Below are positions 8,195-17,276 of a DNA stretch of 32,000 nt, piece after piece. The notes below the pieces were generated by a model. The model was not told where the DNA came from, ran no database searches, and saw nothing but the letters and a program-made list of their open reading frames with translations. Position numbers and translations under genes: made by a program. Within the stretch, counting starts at the first letter, position 1, and every line of letters starts with the position of its first letter. The stretch comes from Halorhodospira halophila SL1 (GTDB lineage: Bacteria > Pseudomonadota > Gammaproteobacteria > Nitrococcales > Halorhodospiraceae): contig NC_008789.1 in assembly GCF_000015585.1 (NCBI RefSeq), positions 450,001 to 482,000 on the forward strand, in the 5' to 3' direction.

Positions 8195-9466
8195 TCAGAT
8201 GGATTCCGTTTCGGACTGTCCATCCTGCATAGCCCGCTTCGACGTGGCAGGGGCCGCGGCCATCCGCGACTCGGCCGCGCCCTCCCCCCCTTCATCCGCT
8301 GCGTCGCTGGCAGGACGGGGGAACAGGAACGAAAAGGCCGCAATCAGAACCGCCAGCGTTGCGAACATCAGGAACGCCTCCACATAGCCCGCGTTGCCGA
8401 TGGCCCACCCGACCAAGGGCGATCCGACAGCCTGCCCGACGGTGATGGCCAGGAACGGCACGACCGGCCCCATGGACGGGCGCTCGCGCAACAGCCGGAT
8501 GCCGGTGACCAGATACAGCCCGGTCAGGGTCATGAAGGCCCAACCGAACACGGCGGCCGACACCAGTGCCATCCACACGTCACCCGGTGCCGCGGCGACC
8601 AGCGCCGTCGCCGCCCCCAGAGCCACCAACGCGATGGCCTGGGTGGCAGGCGCCCCCAGCCGATCGCCGAGGTCGCTCGCCCAGGCGCCGGCGAGCCCGG
8701 CAATGCCGACCACGAGCCAGAGCATTCCGGTCAACCGCTCGGACAGCCCGCCGATCTCGACCACCAAATCGGGTGCGAAGATCCAGTAGGCCGAACCGGC
8801 CACCCCCATGGCGAAGCAGAACACCGTCAGCCGCCCGACAGTCAGCCACCGCTGAGTATCCAGCGGCAAGGGAGCCGGCTTGGCCTTTCCGCCACCGACC
8901 TTCGAGGCCGAAGGGAGCAGGAGGAGGGCCGCGACAATGCCCAGGGCCGCGAGCACCGCGAAAGAGCCGTAGGCCATACGCCACGCGCCGCTGAGCAGAA
9001 GCACGGCGGGCACGCAGAGGATCAGGCCGGCACTGGTACCGGCATTCATGACGGCGTTGACGCGGCCGCGGAGGTCCGGACGAATGTTCGTCTGCACGCC
9101 GGAGGACAGGGCCGGCATCATCAGGCCGGTACAGATCCCGCAGGCAAACACCCCGGCGCCGAGGGTGATCGCGTCACCGGCCTGGCTGATCAGGGTCAGC
9201 CCGGCCAAAGCAAACAGACCGGAGAGCACCGCCGAGTAGCGTGCGCCGAGCCGGTCGACAATCAGTGGCGCCACGACGCTGGCCAGGCAGAAGCTGATAA
9301 AGGCCATGGATCCGACGACCCCGACCGCGTCGGCGGACAACCCGAGCTCCGAGCGAATCGACGGGACGAACAACCCGTACGCATAACGCGCAAGCCCGTA
9401 GGCGATGGCGATGAGCCCCGCGCCGAGGATGGCGAAACCGGTGGCATTGACAGCTCGCATGCTCAT
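8195..9466 (-). CDS. MFS transporter (YbfB/YjiJ-like)
   Basis: About 12 predicted TM segments. The N-terminal LARYAYGLFVPSIRSELGLS motif resembles the YbfB/YjiJ MFS subgroup. Its start overlaps the TetR stop by 4 nt. Confidence 0.85.
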   Translation of the reverse strand: MSMRAVNATGFAILGAGLIAIAYGLARYAYGLFVPSIRSELGLSADAVGVVGSMAFISFCLASVVAPLIVDRLGARYSAVLSGLFALAGLTLISQAGDAITLGAGVFACGICTGLMMPALSSGVQTNIRPDLRGRVNAVMNAGTSAGLILCVPAVLLLSGAWRMAYGSFAVLAALGIVAALLLLPSASKVGGGKAKPAPLPLDTQRWLTVGRLTVFCFAMGVAGSAYWIFAPDLVVEIGGLSERLTGMLWLVVGIAGLAGAWASDLGDRLGAPATQAIALVALGAATALVAAAPGDVWMALVSAAVFGWAFMTLTGLYLVTGIRLLRERPSMGPVVPFLAITVGQAVGSPLVGWAIGNAGYVEAFLMFATLAVLIAAFSFLFPRPASDAADEGGEGAAESRMAAAPATSKRAMQDGQSETESI

Positions 9467-10023
9467 ACCTCGTTCCGGCTGGCGAGTACGGCGGGGAGGA
9501 TGGCCCGCAGGTGTTCGGTCACGGCGGCGGCACCGAGGACCGGCGCCAGCGCGTCGGCGCCCTCCAGCACCAGCAGCAGGCGCTCGGCAAGGGGCGGATC
9601 GCTCGCCGAGCGGTCCCGGGAGACCGCATCACCGATGACCTGGAGCAGCTCGCGCTTGAGCCGACGCCCCTGCTCGGCAATGGCCGGCTGGTGCTGCTCG
9701 AACTCGCCGATGGCTTTGATCACGATGCAGCCACGGTTCGAGGTCGTCTCCAGCCAGCGGCAGTGCGCCTCGGTCAGCGCCCCGACGGCATCACCTGCCC
9801 CCGCCTGGTCCGCGGCGTTACGCAGATCGTCGAGATAGCGCTCGTACCGACGGGCGAGAACCGCCTGGATCAGCGCCTCTTTCGAGGGGAAGTGGTTGTA
9901 GAGTGTCATCCGGGCGACGCCCGCCTCGGCGATGACCCGGTCGACACCCGTGGCGTGGAACCCCTCTCGGTAGAAGAGCTGCTCGGCGGTGTCGAGCAGG
10001 GTGTCTCGTTTCGTGCCTGCCAA
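9463..10023 (-). CDS. TetR/AcrR family transcriptional regulator
   Basis: N-terminal HTH LLDTAEQLFYREGFHATGVDRVIAEAGVARMTLYNHFPSKEALI. Confidence 0.9.
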   Translation of the reverse strand: MAGTKRDTLLDTAEQLFYREGFHATGVDRVIAEAGVARMTLYNHFPSKEALIQAVLARRYERYLDDLRNAADQAGAGDAVGALTEAHCRWLETTSNRGCIVIKAIGEFEQHQPAIAEQGRRLKRELLQVIGDAVSRDRSASDPPLAERLLLVLEGADALAPVLGAAAVTEHLRAILPAVLASRNEV

Positions 10024-10043
10024 CCTTACACCCCCGTTTTATA

Positions 10044-10059
10044 TAGACCGTTCCGTCTA
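10044..10059. promoter_or_regulatory. Candidate TetR operator palindrome
   Basis: TAGAC-N6-GTCTA, 21 nt upstream of the TetR start, within the AT-richer stretch ttttatatagaccgttccgtctaattg. Confidence 0.35.
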
Positions 10060-10120
10060 ATTGTGGGCGCATCGGTGGCTGCGTGTCAAAGACCCTGGAA
10101 CCCTGGGCGGGCCGCCCCCG

Positions 10121-10252
10121 TCACATCGGCCGCAAGACCAGACCGATGATCAGCAGGACAACGATCAGCGCCAGCCCCGCTGCCAGCACCGGATGACGAC
10201 GCAGCCCACCCGGGCTGCTCAGCGCTCTTAACCGTCTACGCAGCCGATTCAT
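10121..10252 (-). CDS. Hypothetical small membrane protein
   Basis: MNRLRRRLRALSS followed by TM segment VLAAGLALIVVLLIIGLVL. Short, with no family recognised. It could be spurious. Confidence 0.25.
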   Translation of the reverse strand: MNRLRRRLRALSSPGGLRRHPVLAAGLALIVVLLIIGLVLRPM

Positions 10253-10495
10253 ATCAGCCCCCTTCGTTGAAACCTGTTGGTCTGTGAGGATCAGAACGAG
10301 GGCCGGCACCGCGCCCCTTTAAAAAAAGCCCCCGCCTACCCTTCGGTGCACCACCGTACAGACCGGACGCACCGGAGGGCTCAGACTTCGAACTAAGCGT
10401 TACTCCATCGCTCCGGCCTCCGCGCAGCGGAATCCGGCAAAGGTAGAGGCCCTCCGGACTACCGAACCGGAGGGACACAGAAGAGGACGAACGCA

Positions 10496-11053
10496 ATGAA
10501 AGCCCTAACAGCAACAACCTTTCTCGTGGGCATCGTGAGCGCAGCCCCGATCGTAGCCTCCGCACAAGATCACTCTTGGCCGTACGGTGGTACCGCCGGT
10601 GATCGGGAGTTCTCCATTTCCGGCACAGGCATTAGTGACAAGAATCTCGACAGTAGCAGCTTTGGTGCCTCGGCCGATATCGGCTGGTATCTGCGTGATC
10701 CCCTCATTGTTGGCGCCCGGCAGAGCGTCAACTACGCCAGCATCGAAGGAGAGAGTATTAAAGACGACTTCTGGAACGGCACCACCCGTGGTTACCTCAA
10801 CTACCAATTCGCGCCATCAGAGCGCATGAGACCATTCCTTGGCGGAAGCCTCGGCGTGATCTACGGCGATGGCGTCAAGGACAGTGGTTTTGCCGGCCTC
10901 GAGCTGGGCGGCAAATACTACGTACGCGAGAAAACCTATCTGCTGGGACGCGTGGAATACCAGTGGCTGTTCAGCAGCTCCAGCGACGTCGATGACGCAT
11001 TCAGAGACGACGGCGCCTGGGCCTACACCTTGGGCATGGGTTACAACTTCTAA
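10496..11053 (+). CDS. Outer-membrane beta-barrel protein (small porin-family/OmpW-like)
   Basis: Signal peptide MKALTATTFLVGIVSAAPIVASAQ. Alternating beta-strand pattern. Terminal YTLGMGYNF. Confidence 0.75.
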   Translation: MKALTATTFLVGIVSAAPIVASAQDHSWPYGGTAGDREFSISGTGISDKNLDSSSFGASADIGWYLRDPLIVGARQSVNYASIEGESIKDDFWNGTTRGYLNYQFAPSERMRPFLGGSLGVIYGDGVKDSGFAGLELGGKYYVREKTYLLGRVEYQWLFSSSSDVDDAFRDDGAWAYTLGMGYNF

Positions 11054-11116
11054 AGGGCGCAATGCTGGCACAGGGACGTGTCAGCCCTGAACATTGACCA
11101 GCGGGGTTCAACCACC

Positions 11117-11323
11117 ATGAGCATCATACAGATCATCGGCATTGTCCTGCTCATCACCGGAGCCGTCCTTCTTTACTTCGGCTACCAAGCCACTCAGAGT
11201 GCCGGTGAGCAGATTTTCGAGACCTTCACAGGCCGGTTCACGGACTCAACCACCTGGTATCTCATCCTCGGTGTCGCGGCGAGCATCAGTGGGTTGATCA
11301 TGCTATTCATCCGGGGCGGGTGA
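11117..11323 (+). CDS. DUF3185 family membrane protein
   Basis: MSIIQIIGIVLLITGAVLLYFGYQATQSAGEQIFETFTGRFTD...WYLILG has the size (68 aa) and motif pattern of DUF3185. Confidence 0.7.
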   Translation: MSIIQIIGIVLLITGAVLLYFGYQATQSAGEQIFETFTGRFTDSTTWYLILGVAASISGLIMLFIRGG

Positions 11324-11339
11324 CAAGATCTTGTTCGCA

Positions 11340-12074
11340 TCAGCTTTGCGGGAAATTCGTCAGTAATCGATCGTACTCCCGTCTTACCACGCCGTAACAC
11401 TCGCAGGTGCGATCCTCAAGGCCCTCCCGATCCAGGATCTCGATATGGCCGCGGTGGTAGCTGATCAGGCCGGACTTCTGCAGCTTACCCGCGGCCTCAG
11501 TGACCCCCTCGCGGCGCACACCCAGCATGTTGGCGATCAGCCCCTGGGTCATCATCAGATGGTTATTGCCGAGCCGATCCATGCTCAGTAACAACCAGCG
11601 GCAGAGCTGCTGATCCAGCGTGTGGTGCCGATTGCAGATAACGGTCTGCGCCATCTGGGTCAATAACGCCTGGGTGTAACGCAGCAGCAGCCGCTGCATC
11701 GGACCTCCCCGGTAGAACTCCTCCTTCAGCTCATTGCCACTGAGGCGGTAAGCCTGCCCCCCTGCCTGAACCACGGCCCTCGCTGGCGTGGTTTCCCCCC
11801 CCATGAACAAAGAAACACCCACAATGCCCTCATTACCAACGACGGAGATCTCGGCCGAACCGCCGTCTTCTGTGATACCCAGCAAGGAGACAATACAATC
11901 CACCGGGAAATACACGTACTTCATCTCGAAGTACGCTTCACAGACTGTCTCATCGAGCGGCAGCGCCACCCGCTCCAGATTGGGCAAAAGGCGCTTGAAC
12001 TCGTCAGGCGGAAGCGCCGCCAGTAGTTGATTCCCGGCCGGACCGTCCGGGGTTCTGTTTTGCCCACTTTTCAT
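11340..12074 (-). CDS. Crp/Fnr family transcriptional regulator
   Basis: cNMP-binding-like core (ISVVGNEGIVGVSLFMGG) and C-terminal HTH (MTQGLIANMLGVRREGVTEAAGKLQKSGLISY). ATG 12074 lies behind GAGGTGG. The track's N-terminal extension looks non-coding. Confidence 0.85.
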   Translation of the reverse strand: MKSGQNRTPDGPAGNQLLAALPPDEFKRLLPNLERVALPLDETVCEAYFEMKYVYFPVDCIVSLLGITEDGGSAEISVVGNEGIVGVSLFMGGETTPARAVVQAGGQAYRLSGNELKEEFYRGGPMQRLLLRYTQALLTQMAQTVICNRHHTLDQQLCRWLLLSMDRLGNNHLMMTQGLIANMLGVRREGVTEAAGKLQKSGLISYHRGHIEILDREGLEDRTCECYGVVRREYDRLLTNFPQS

Positions 12075-12260
12075 GGAGTTGCCACCTCGGTACGGCCCCG
12101 GGCCGGTACGTTGCTCAGTAACGGGCAGGAGCACCAAGAGCCGCGAGATGCAGGCCAGGTGCGAAACCGCACAGACTCGTTGCCGGCTTCGGGCGCAGGA
12201 TGGTTCCTGCACGCGGGGCCTTCTCCCGGGCGCCGCCACTCAACCAGAGGAGAGACCGTC

Positions 12261-12410
12261 ATGCTCGTCACCATCGCACTCATCCTGCTCGCCCTATGGG
12301 CCCTGGGGCTGATGTCTGGCGTCACCGTGGGGGGGTTCGTTCATGCGCTCCTGATATTCGCGATCATCATCGTGCTGGTGCAGCTGATCAGCGGGCGCCG
12401 CGCCCTATAG
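12261..12410 (+). CDS. lmo0937-family small membrane protein
   Basis: MLVTIALILLALWALGLMSGVTVGGFVHALLIFAIIIVLVQLISGRR is a typical 49-aa two-TM family member. ATG follows GAGGAGAG. Confidence 0.7.
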   Translation: MLVTIALILLALWALGLMSGVTVGGFVHALLIFAIIIVLVQLISGRRAL

Positions 12411-12570
12411 TTGACTGATAGGGCCCCGCCTTGGCCGGCGCCGGCGGCCGCGCCACCCGCCGCCGGCGCGGTGCGCCACCCGCCCCCGACACGGCTAGCC
12501 AGCGCATGCGTGCTGTGCGGGCCGTCGCATGGGAGCCGTTACCCCTATCAGGGCCACACCCGATGCCTCA

Positions 12571-13074
12571 CTAGAACCCCGCCAGCACCGCCCAGGCCCG
12601 GCGCCAGTCGGCGTCGTTGGTCGCAGCAGCCACCGCCACCCCGGCATCGTGATCTTGCACCAGGTACTCGATCCCCTCCAGCGCCGACAGTAGCACTTCG
12701 TGCTCTGTCTCTGCTCGCACGATCTCCTCGAACCAGTGCTTGCGCGCCGACCACGCCAGCTGCGGGTCAACCAGCACGACCTTGCGTGCCGCAACCAGAC
12801 CGTGGTGGTAGCGCTCGATCAGCGCCCGGGCTTCCCGCAGCAAGCGGCCGACCTGGCCGCGAGGGTCCAGGACCGTCTCACAGCAGCTCTCGTCCAACCG
12901 ACACTGGACGTGCTCGGCGAAGTCGTTGAGCTGGGCCACGGCCACCCGCTCGGCAGCCAGGGCTCCTGCCGAGACGTTCAATGCGAGGATTAATTGGCGA
13001 CTCTGGGACTCTGCCTCTTGGGTCAGGCAGGTGCACAGCGCCTCAAGTTCGGTCGAGCTGCGAATTGCCGACAT
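12571..13074 (-). CDS. Hypothetical protein (helical; possibly hemerythrin-like)
   Basis: ORF taken from internal ATG 13074 (MSAIRSSTELEAL...). Scattered H/E pairs (AEH, ETEHE) suggest, but do not establish, an HHE-type domain. Confidence 0.45.
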   Translation of the reverse strand: MSAIRSSTELEALCTCLTQEAESQSRQLILALNVSAGALAAERVAVAQLNDFAEHVQCRLDESCCETVLDPRGQVGRLLREARALIERYHHGLVAARKVVLVDPQLAWSARKHWFEEIVRAETEHEVLLSALEGIEYLVQDHDAGVAVAAATNDADWRRAWAVLAGF

Positions 13075-13278
13075 CGTCAGACCGCTCCCTCGGTAGCACC
13101 GCTCCGGTGAACCTTGCCTCAAGCAGATTACATGCCATCCGGCTAGACGGGCCGACAGGCCAGCGTTTGCGCGAGATTCCCAGGGGTGGCTAAAGCGGCA
13201 CGGTAAAATCCACCGACAATCCGCCTGGCCACCACCGTCGGCTGCCCGGCTCACCGGCGCCGCTCCGAAGACTTAGTG

Positions 13279-14328
13279 TCAGGTTGATTTACAGTCGGAT
13301 CCTCTTTCTCCGGCCCACGCCTCTTTGAAGGACACGAGGCGTTGCTCGTCTTCATCCCATAGAGCCAGCGGGACGGACGCCACGCTCTGCCGAAGCTTGA
13401 TTCGGCCCACGTCCCGGAGTTCCGGATAATCCCGCAGGACCTCGGGCAGCCGGTAGGACGGTATCCGGCAGCTCAAGTGGTGGACATGGTGGACACCGAT
13501 ATTGGCACTGAACCACCGCAGGACACCCGGCAATACATAGTGGGAGCTGCCGTGGACGGCTGCCTCATCGAAGCTCCAGTCGTCCTGGTGCTTCCAGTAG
13601 GTGTCTTCGAACTGGTGCTGGACGTAGAACAGCCAGACGCCCACCACCGCAGCGAGCAGTGTGATGGAGACCTGCACGAGCAGGAACGGCCCCAGGCCAA
13701 CCAGCCCGATCATGCCGGCCACGAGGAGGGCGATGGCCAGATTGGTCCCCATGGTGCTGACCCACGGCATCCAACCCGACTGCATGAGCCCAAGGGGCAG
13801 GCGGTAGGCCAGCAGAAAGACGTAAATCGGGCCGACACCGAACAGGACCAAGGGGTGGCGGTAGAGGCGGTAGCGCAGTCTATGCAGCCACGGCAGGGCC
13901 TGGTACTCACGCACGGTCAGCGTCTCGATCCCACCAATCTGCGGGCGGTCCAGGTTCCCGGCGCTGGCGTGGTGGATCGCGTGACTGCGACGCCAATAGT
14001 CGAAGGGCGTCAGGGTCAGCACCCCGATGACCCGTCCGACCCAGTTGTTGACGCGCCGGGAGCGAAAAAACGATCCGTGGCCGCAGTCGTGCTGGATCAT
14101 GAACAAGCGCACGAGAAAACCGGCTGCCGGCACGGTGGCGATCAGACCCACCCAGTACCCGGCGTTCAGGGCAGCCCACGCCACCCCCCACAGCAGTACG
14201 AGCGGGATGACCGTAATCAGGATTTCCACAACACTGCGCGAGACCCGGGGCCCGCTGTAGTGGCTCAACGAGCGCCGCAGCGCTTGCGGGTCGCTTATGA
14301 CACTGGCTTGTGACGCTTGCACATTCAT
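13279..14328 (-). CDS. Membrane fatty acid desaturase
   Basis: Three histidine boxes, HDCGH, HAIHH and HHVHH, with TM segments between them. Confidence 0.9.
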   Translation of the reverse strand: MNVQASQASVISDPQALRRSLSHYSGPRVSRSVVEILITVIPLVLLWGVAWAALNAGYWVGLIATVPAAGFLVRLFMIQHDCGHGSFFRSRRVNNWVGRVIGVLTLTPFDYWRRSHAIHHASAGNLDRPQIGGIETLTVREYQALPWLHRLRYRLYRHPLVLFGVGPIYVFLLAYRLPLGLMQSGWMPWVSTMGTNLAIALLVAGMIGLVGLGPFLLVQVSITLLAAVVGVWLFYVQHQFEDTYWKHQDDWSFDEAAVHGSSHYVLPGVLRWFSANIGVHHVHHLSCRIPSYRLPEVLRDYPELRDVGRIKLRQSVASVPLALWDEDEQRLVSFKEAWAGERGSDCKST

Positions 14329-14516
14329 TACGCCTTCCTCCGCCTTTCAGGGCGGTTTCAGATCTCCAGCCGCATCCCAGCGATCACCTTCCAGGACTGC
14401 AGGATGATCCGAACAAGCCAGCGTCGTCTGTGCGGAAGCGGACACACCAAGGGGCCGCTGACTGCGGCCGACTGTCGCGATTGCACACCCGCCGGAGGTG
14501 ATTGCGGCACATCAAT

Positions 14517-14535
14517 AGCAATGCGAACCATTCTC
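14517..14535. promoter_or_regulatory. Weak Fur-box-like site upstream of TBDR 14579
   Basis: agcaatgcgaaccattctc matches about 12/19 positions of the Fur consensus. Confidence 0.3.
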
Positions 14536-14578
14536 ATGTAGATTTTCGGCGCATCCAGCCATGACTCAGGGGTGACGC

Positions 14579-16699
14579 ATGCCCATCGGGATTCGGAGAC
14601 GCTGCATTGCGGCAGCACTGACGGCCGGAGCGACAACAGCCCCCGGCTTGGTGTCCGCCGCCACGACCGATAGCGCGGTCAGTGAGGTCGCGGCCGGGAG
14701 CGAGGCGCTCCCGTCGGTCACCGTCACGACGGGCACCCGCAGCGAGCGGGCCCGGGAACGCAGCCCCGGCAGCGTCGAGGTCATCGGCCGTGAGCAGATC
14801 GAGCGCAGCGGTGCGACCGATCTCGGCGGGGTCCTGCGCGGGGAGTCGAGCCTCTTTGTTAGCCCCGACGGCACGCAGGCCAGCATCCGCGGGGCACGGC
14901 GCGAGGACAACGTCATTCTGATCGACGGCCGCCGGGTGGCCGGCGAGCCCAGTGGCCGCTACGAGCTGAACCGCATCCCCACGGGGAACATCGAGCGCAT
15001 CGAGGTCGTGAAGGGCCCGGGCAGCGTCCTCTACGGCGCCGACGCCCTCGGCGGGGTGATCAACGTCATCACCCGCGACCCCGAGCCCGGCTTCCACGGC
15101 GACATCGATCTGCAGGCCGGGGCCCGCACAGAAGACGCCGAGGCCGAGCGCTACAACGCCGCCCTCGGGCTGCACGGCGGCTCCCTGGACACCCGCTTCC
15201 GGCTAGACGCCCAGGCCATGTCCCGGGCGGCGTACAGTGAGACCGCGACGGCCGCTCCCGATGGACGAGCTGGCGTAAGCTCTGGCGACCTTAAGAACTA
15301 CGACGTCCAGGAGCGCTATACCATTGACGAGGACCGCCGGGACGAGGCCGACGTCTACACCCTCGCCGGCACGCTGGAGCACTTCTTCTCCGACGACCTC
15401 CGCGTGAGCCTGCAGGCCGACTACCTGCGCGAGGACCGGGAGCGCAACTACATCAACACGGGGCCGACACAGCTCGATGATGGCGGCCGGGGCGCCGTCG
15501 AAAACATCCCCGCCCGCTGGCTGGATGACAACGAGCGGATCGGGCTCTCCGCTGCGGCCGACTGGCAGGCCACCGAGACCCTCAACCTCTTCTTCCGCAG
15601 CTACCGCAGCGTCTACGAGAAGGAACGGGTGGTGACCAGTGAGCCGTGGACGGACCTCGGCTACCCGACGGGTGAGCGCCCCGAGGAACGCGATCGGGAC
15701 GTTACCCTGACCGACTGGCGGCAGGAACTGATCGCCAGCTGGACTCCGGACCCGGGGCACACCCTGCAACTCGGCGCCGAGCATCGCGATCACGAGTACG
15801 AGGACCACCAGCTCGCCGGTGGCAGCGAGACGCGCTGGGATGCCGCCGTTTTCGCCCAGCACGAGTGAGCCGCCACAGAGCGGCTGGACGTCATCTACGG
15901 CGCCCGCTACGACGACAGCAGCCTGGACAGCGCCGACAATACGGCCGTCGAGGGCGGCATCGTCTACGCCCTCGCCCCGGCGGCGCGCCTGCGCATGAAT
16001 TACGCCCAGGGGTACAGCCTGCCCACGGAACGAGACCTGTATGCCGACACGGCACAGCCCTCTGGGCGGCGGCAGCTGGGCGCCTCGGTGGTCGCCGGAG
16101 AGAAGCAGGAATCCCACACCCTCGACCCGGAACGCAGCGAGAGCCTCGAGATCGGCCTCGCTGGCGACTTGGGCCGATTGGGCCCGGTACGCGAGAGCCG
16201 CTACGACGTGGCTGTCTTCCATACCGTCATCGAGGACCGCATCACGCGGGAGCGGCGGGGCGAACCGTACGTCAGCTTCTACAACCTCGACGACGACGCG
16301 CGGATCCGCGGCAGCGAGGGGAGCCTGGAACTGGCGCTGCCCGCCGGGCTGCGCGTCGATCTGGGTGTGACCTGGCTCGACGCCATCGAGCGCGGCACAC
16401 GACGCGACCTCCCCTACGCCCCGGAGTGGAGCGCCCGAGCGGCGCTGGCCGGAGACCCCGGCGAACGCTACGGCTGGCGGACCCAGGTGCGGTACACCGG
16501 CTCCCATGTCGATGAGGATGACCAGGACGAGCAGGAAGGCGTCACCCAGGTCGATATCCAGGGGCACTACAACCCGCGGGCCTGGGAGCATGTTCGCCTC
16601 TACGCCGGGATCGACAACCTCTTCGACACCAGCAACGACACCTCGCTCTACGCCGACCCGGGCCGCTACGCCCGTTTCGGACTGCGGGCAAACTTCTAA
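14579..16699 (+). pseudogene. TonB-dependent receptor interrupted by a single in-frame TGA (15866-15868)
   Basis: Track ORFs 14579-15868 and 15995-16699 are in the same frame. Reading through gives ...AAVFAQHE*AATERLDVIYGARYDD..., where TBDRs normally have Trp (Q-x-E-W). The plug (IERIEVVKGPGSVLYGADALGGVINVITR) and the terminal FGLRANF are intact. Confidence 0.85.
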
Positions 16700-16715
16700 G
16701 GAGGGCTAGAACGCC

Positions 16716-17252
16716 ATGACCCACCGACTGCCCTGGCGCTCGCTCGGGATCGCGGCCATCTTCGGCCTCGGCATCACCGCCGGGGCCGCCGGCGCCGACG
16801 ACCGCGAGGCCATCGAACTCACCGAAGAGGACCGGACGCACTGCCTCGAGCGCATGCGCACGTACCTAGAGGTAACCAACGAGATCCTGCGCGCCACACT
16901 CGAATCCGACATGGACGCGGTGCGCAGCCACGCCCTCGCCGCGGTGCCCCGCCGCTACCGCGAGGACGACCTGGCCGACGCCGAGGTGCCGGCGCGGGGC
17001 ACGGCGGCGGACGGCCGGGGCCAAGGGGAAGGCCGCGGCGGCGGGGCCGGTGAGGGAGGCTCCGGGCGCCCGGACCGCATGGAAGCGGCCACGCCCGAGG
17101 CCTACCAGGGAATGATGCACCACCAGCACGAGGCCTTTCAGGAGATCGCCCGGGACGCCCGCGAGGTGGCGGATCCGGCCCACACCCAGCACCAGCTCAC
17201 CGAGGTCCAGGACACCTGCGTGGCCTGCCACAGCGCCTACCGCTTCGAGTGA
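16716..17252 (+). CDS. Class II cytochrome c (cytochrome c'/c-556-like), secreted, with Gly/Glu-rich insert
   Basis: C-terminal TCVACHSAYRFE. Signal WRSLGIAAIFGLGITAGAAGA. Clear paralogy to 3458-3970 (DMDAVRSHALAAVP vs DMEAVEAHALEAVP; DAREVADPAHT vs DARELGDPAHT). The start is 16 nt after the TBDR stop, behind AGGAGGG. Confidence 0.65.
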   Translation: MTHRLPWRSLGIAAIFGLGITAGAAGADDREAIELTEEDRTHCLERMRTYLEVTNEILRATLESDMDAVRSHALAAVPRRYREDDLADAEVPARGTAADGRGQGEGRGGGAGEGGSGRPDRMEAATPEAYQGMMHHQHEAFQEIARDAREVADPAHTQHQLTEVQDTCVACHSAYRFE

Positions 17253-17276
17253 CGATTCGGGGGTGGAGCCCGCAGG

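Noticed and set aside
10450-10474. Perfect 8-bp hairpin CCCTCCGG-N9-CCGGAGGG in the 5' leader of the outer-membrane protein gene, considered as a riboswitch or attenuator.
   Set aside because: It is a single short stem with no conserved riboswitch motifs that I recognise and no U-tract. It is noted only as a possible leader structure.
15866-15895. TGA at 15866 as a selenocysteine codon, with the downstream hairpin GCCGC-N6-GCGGC as a SECIS element.
   Set aside because: The hairpin is much smaller than bacterial SECIS elements. The position aligns with a conserved Trp in an outer-membrane barrel, and there is no redox-active context. A TGG-to-TGA change is the simplest explanation.
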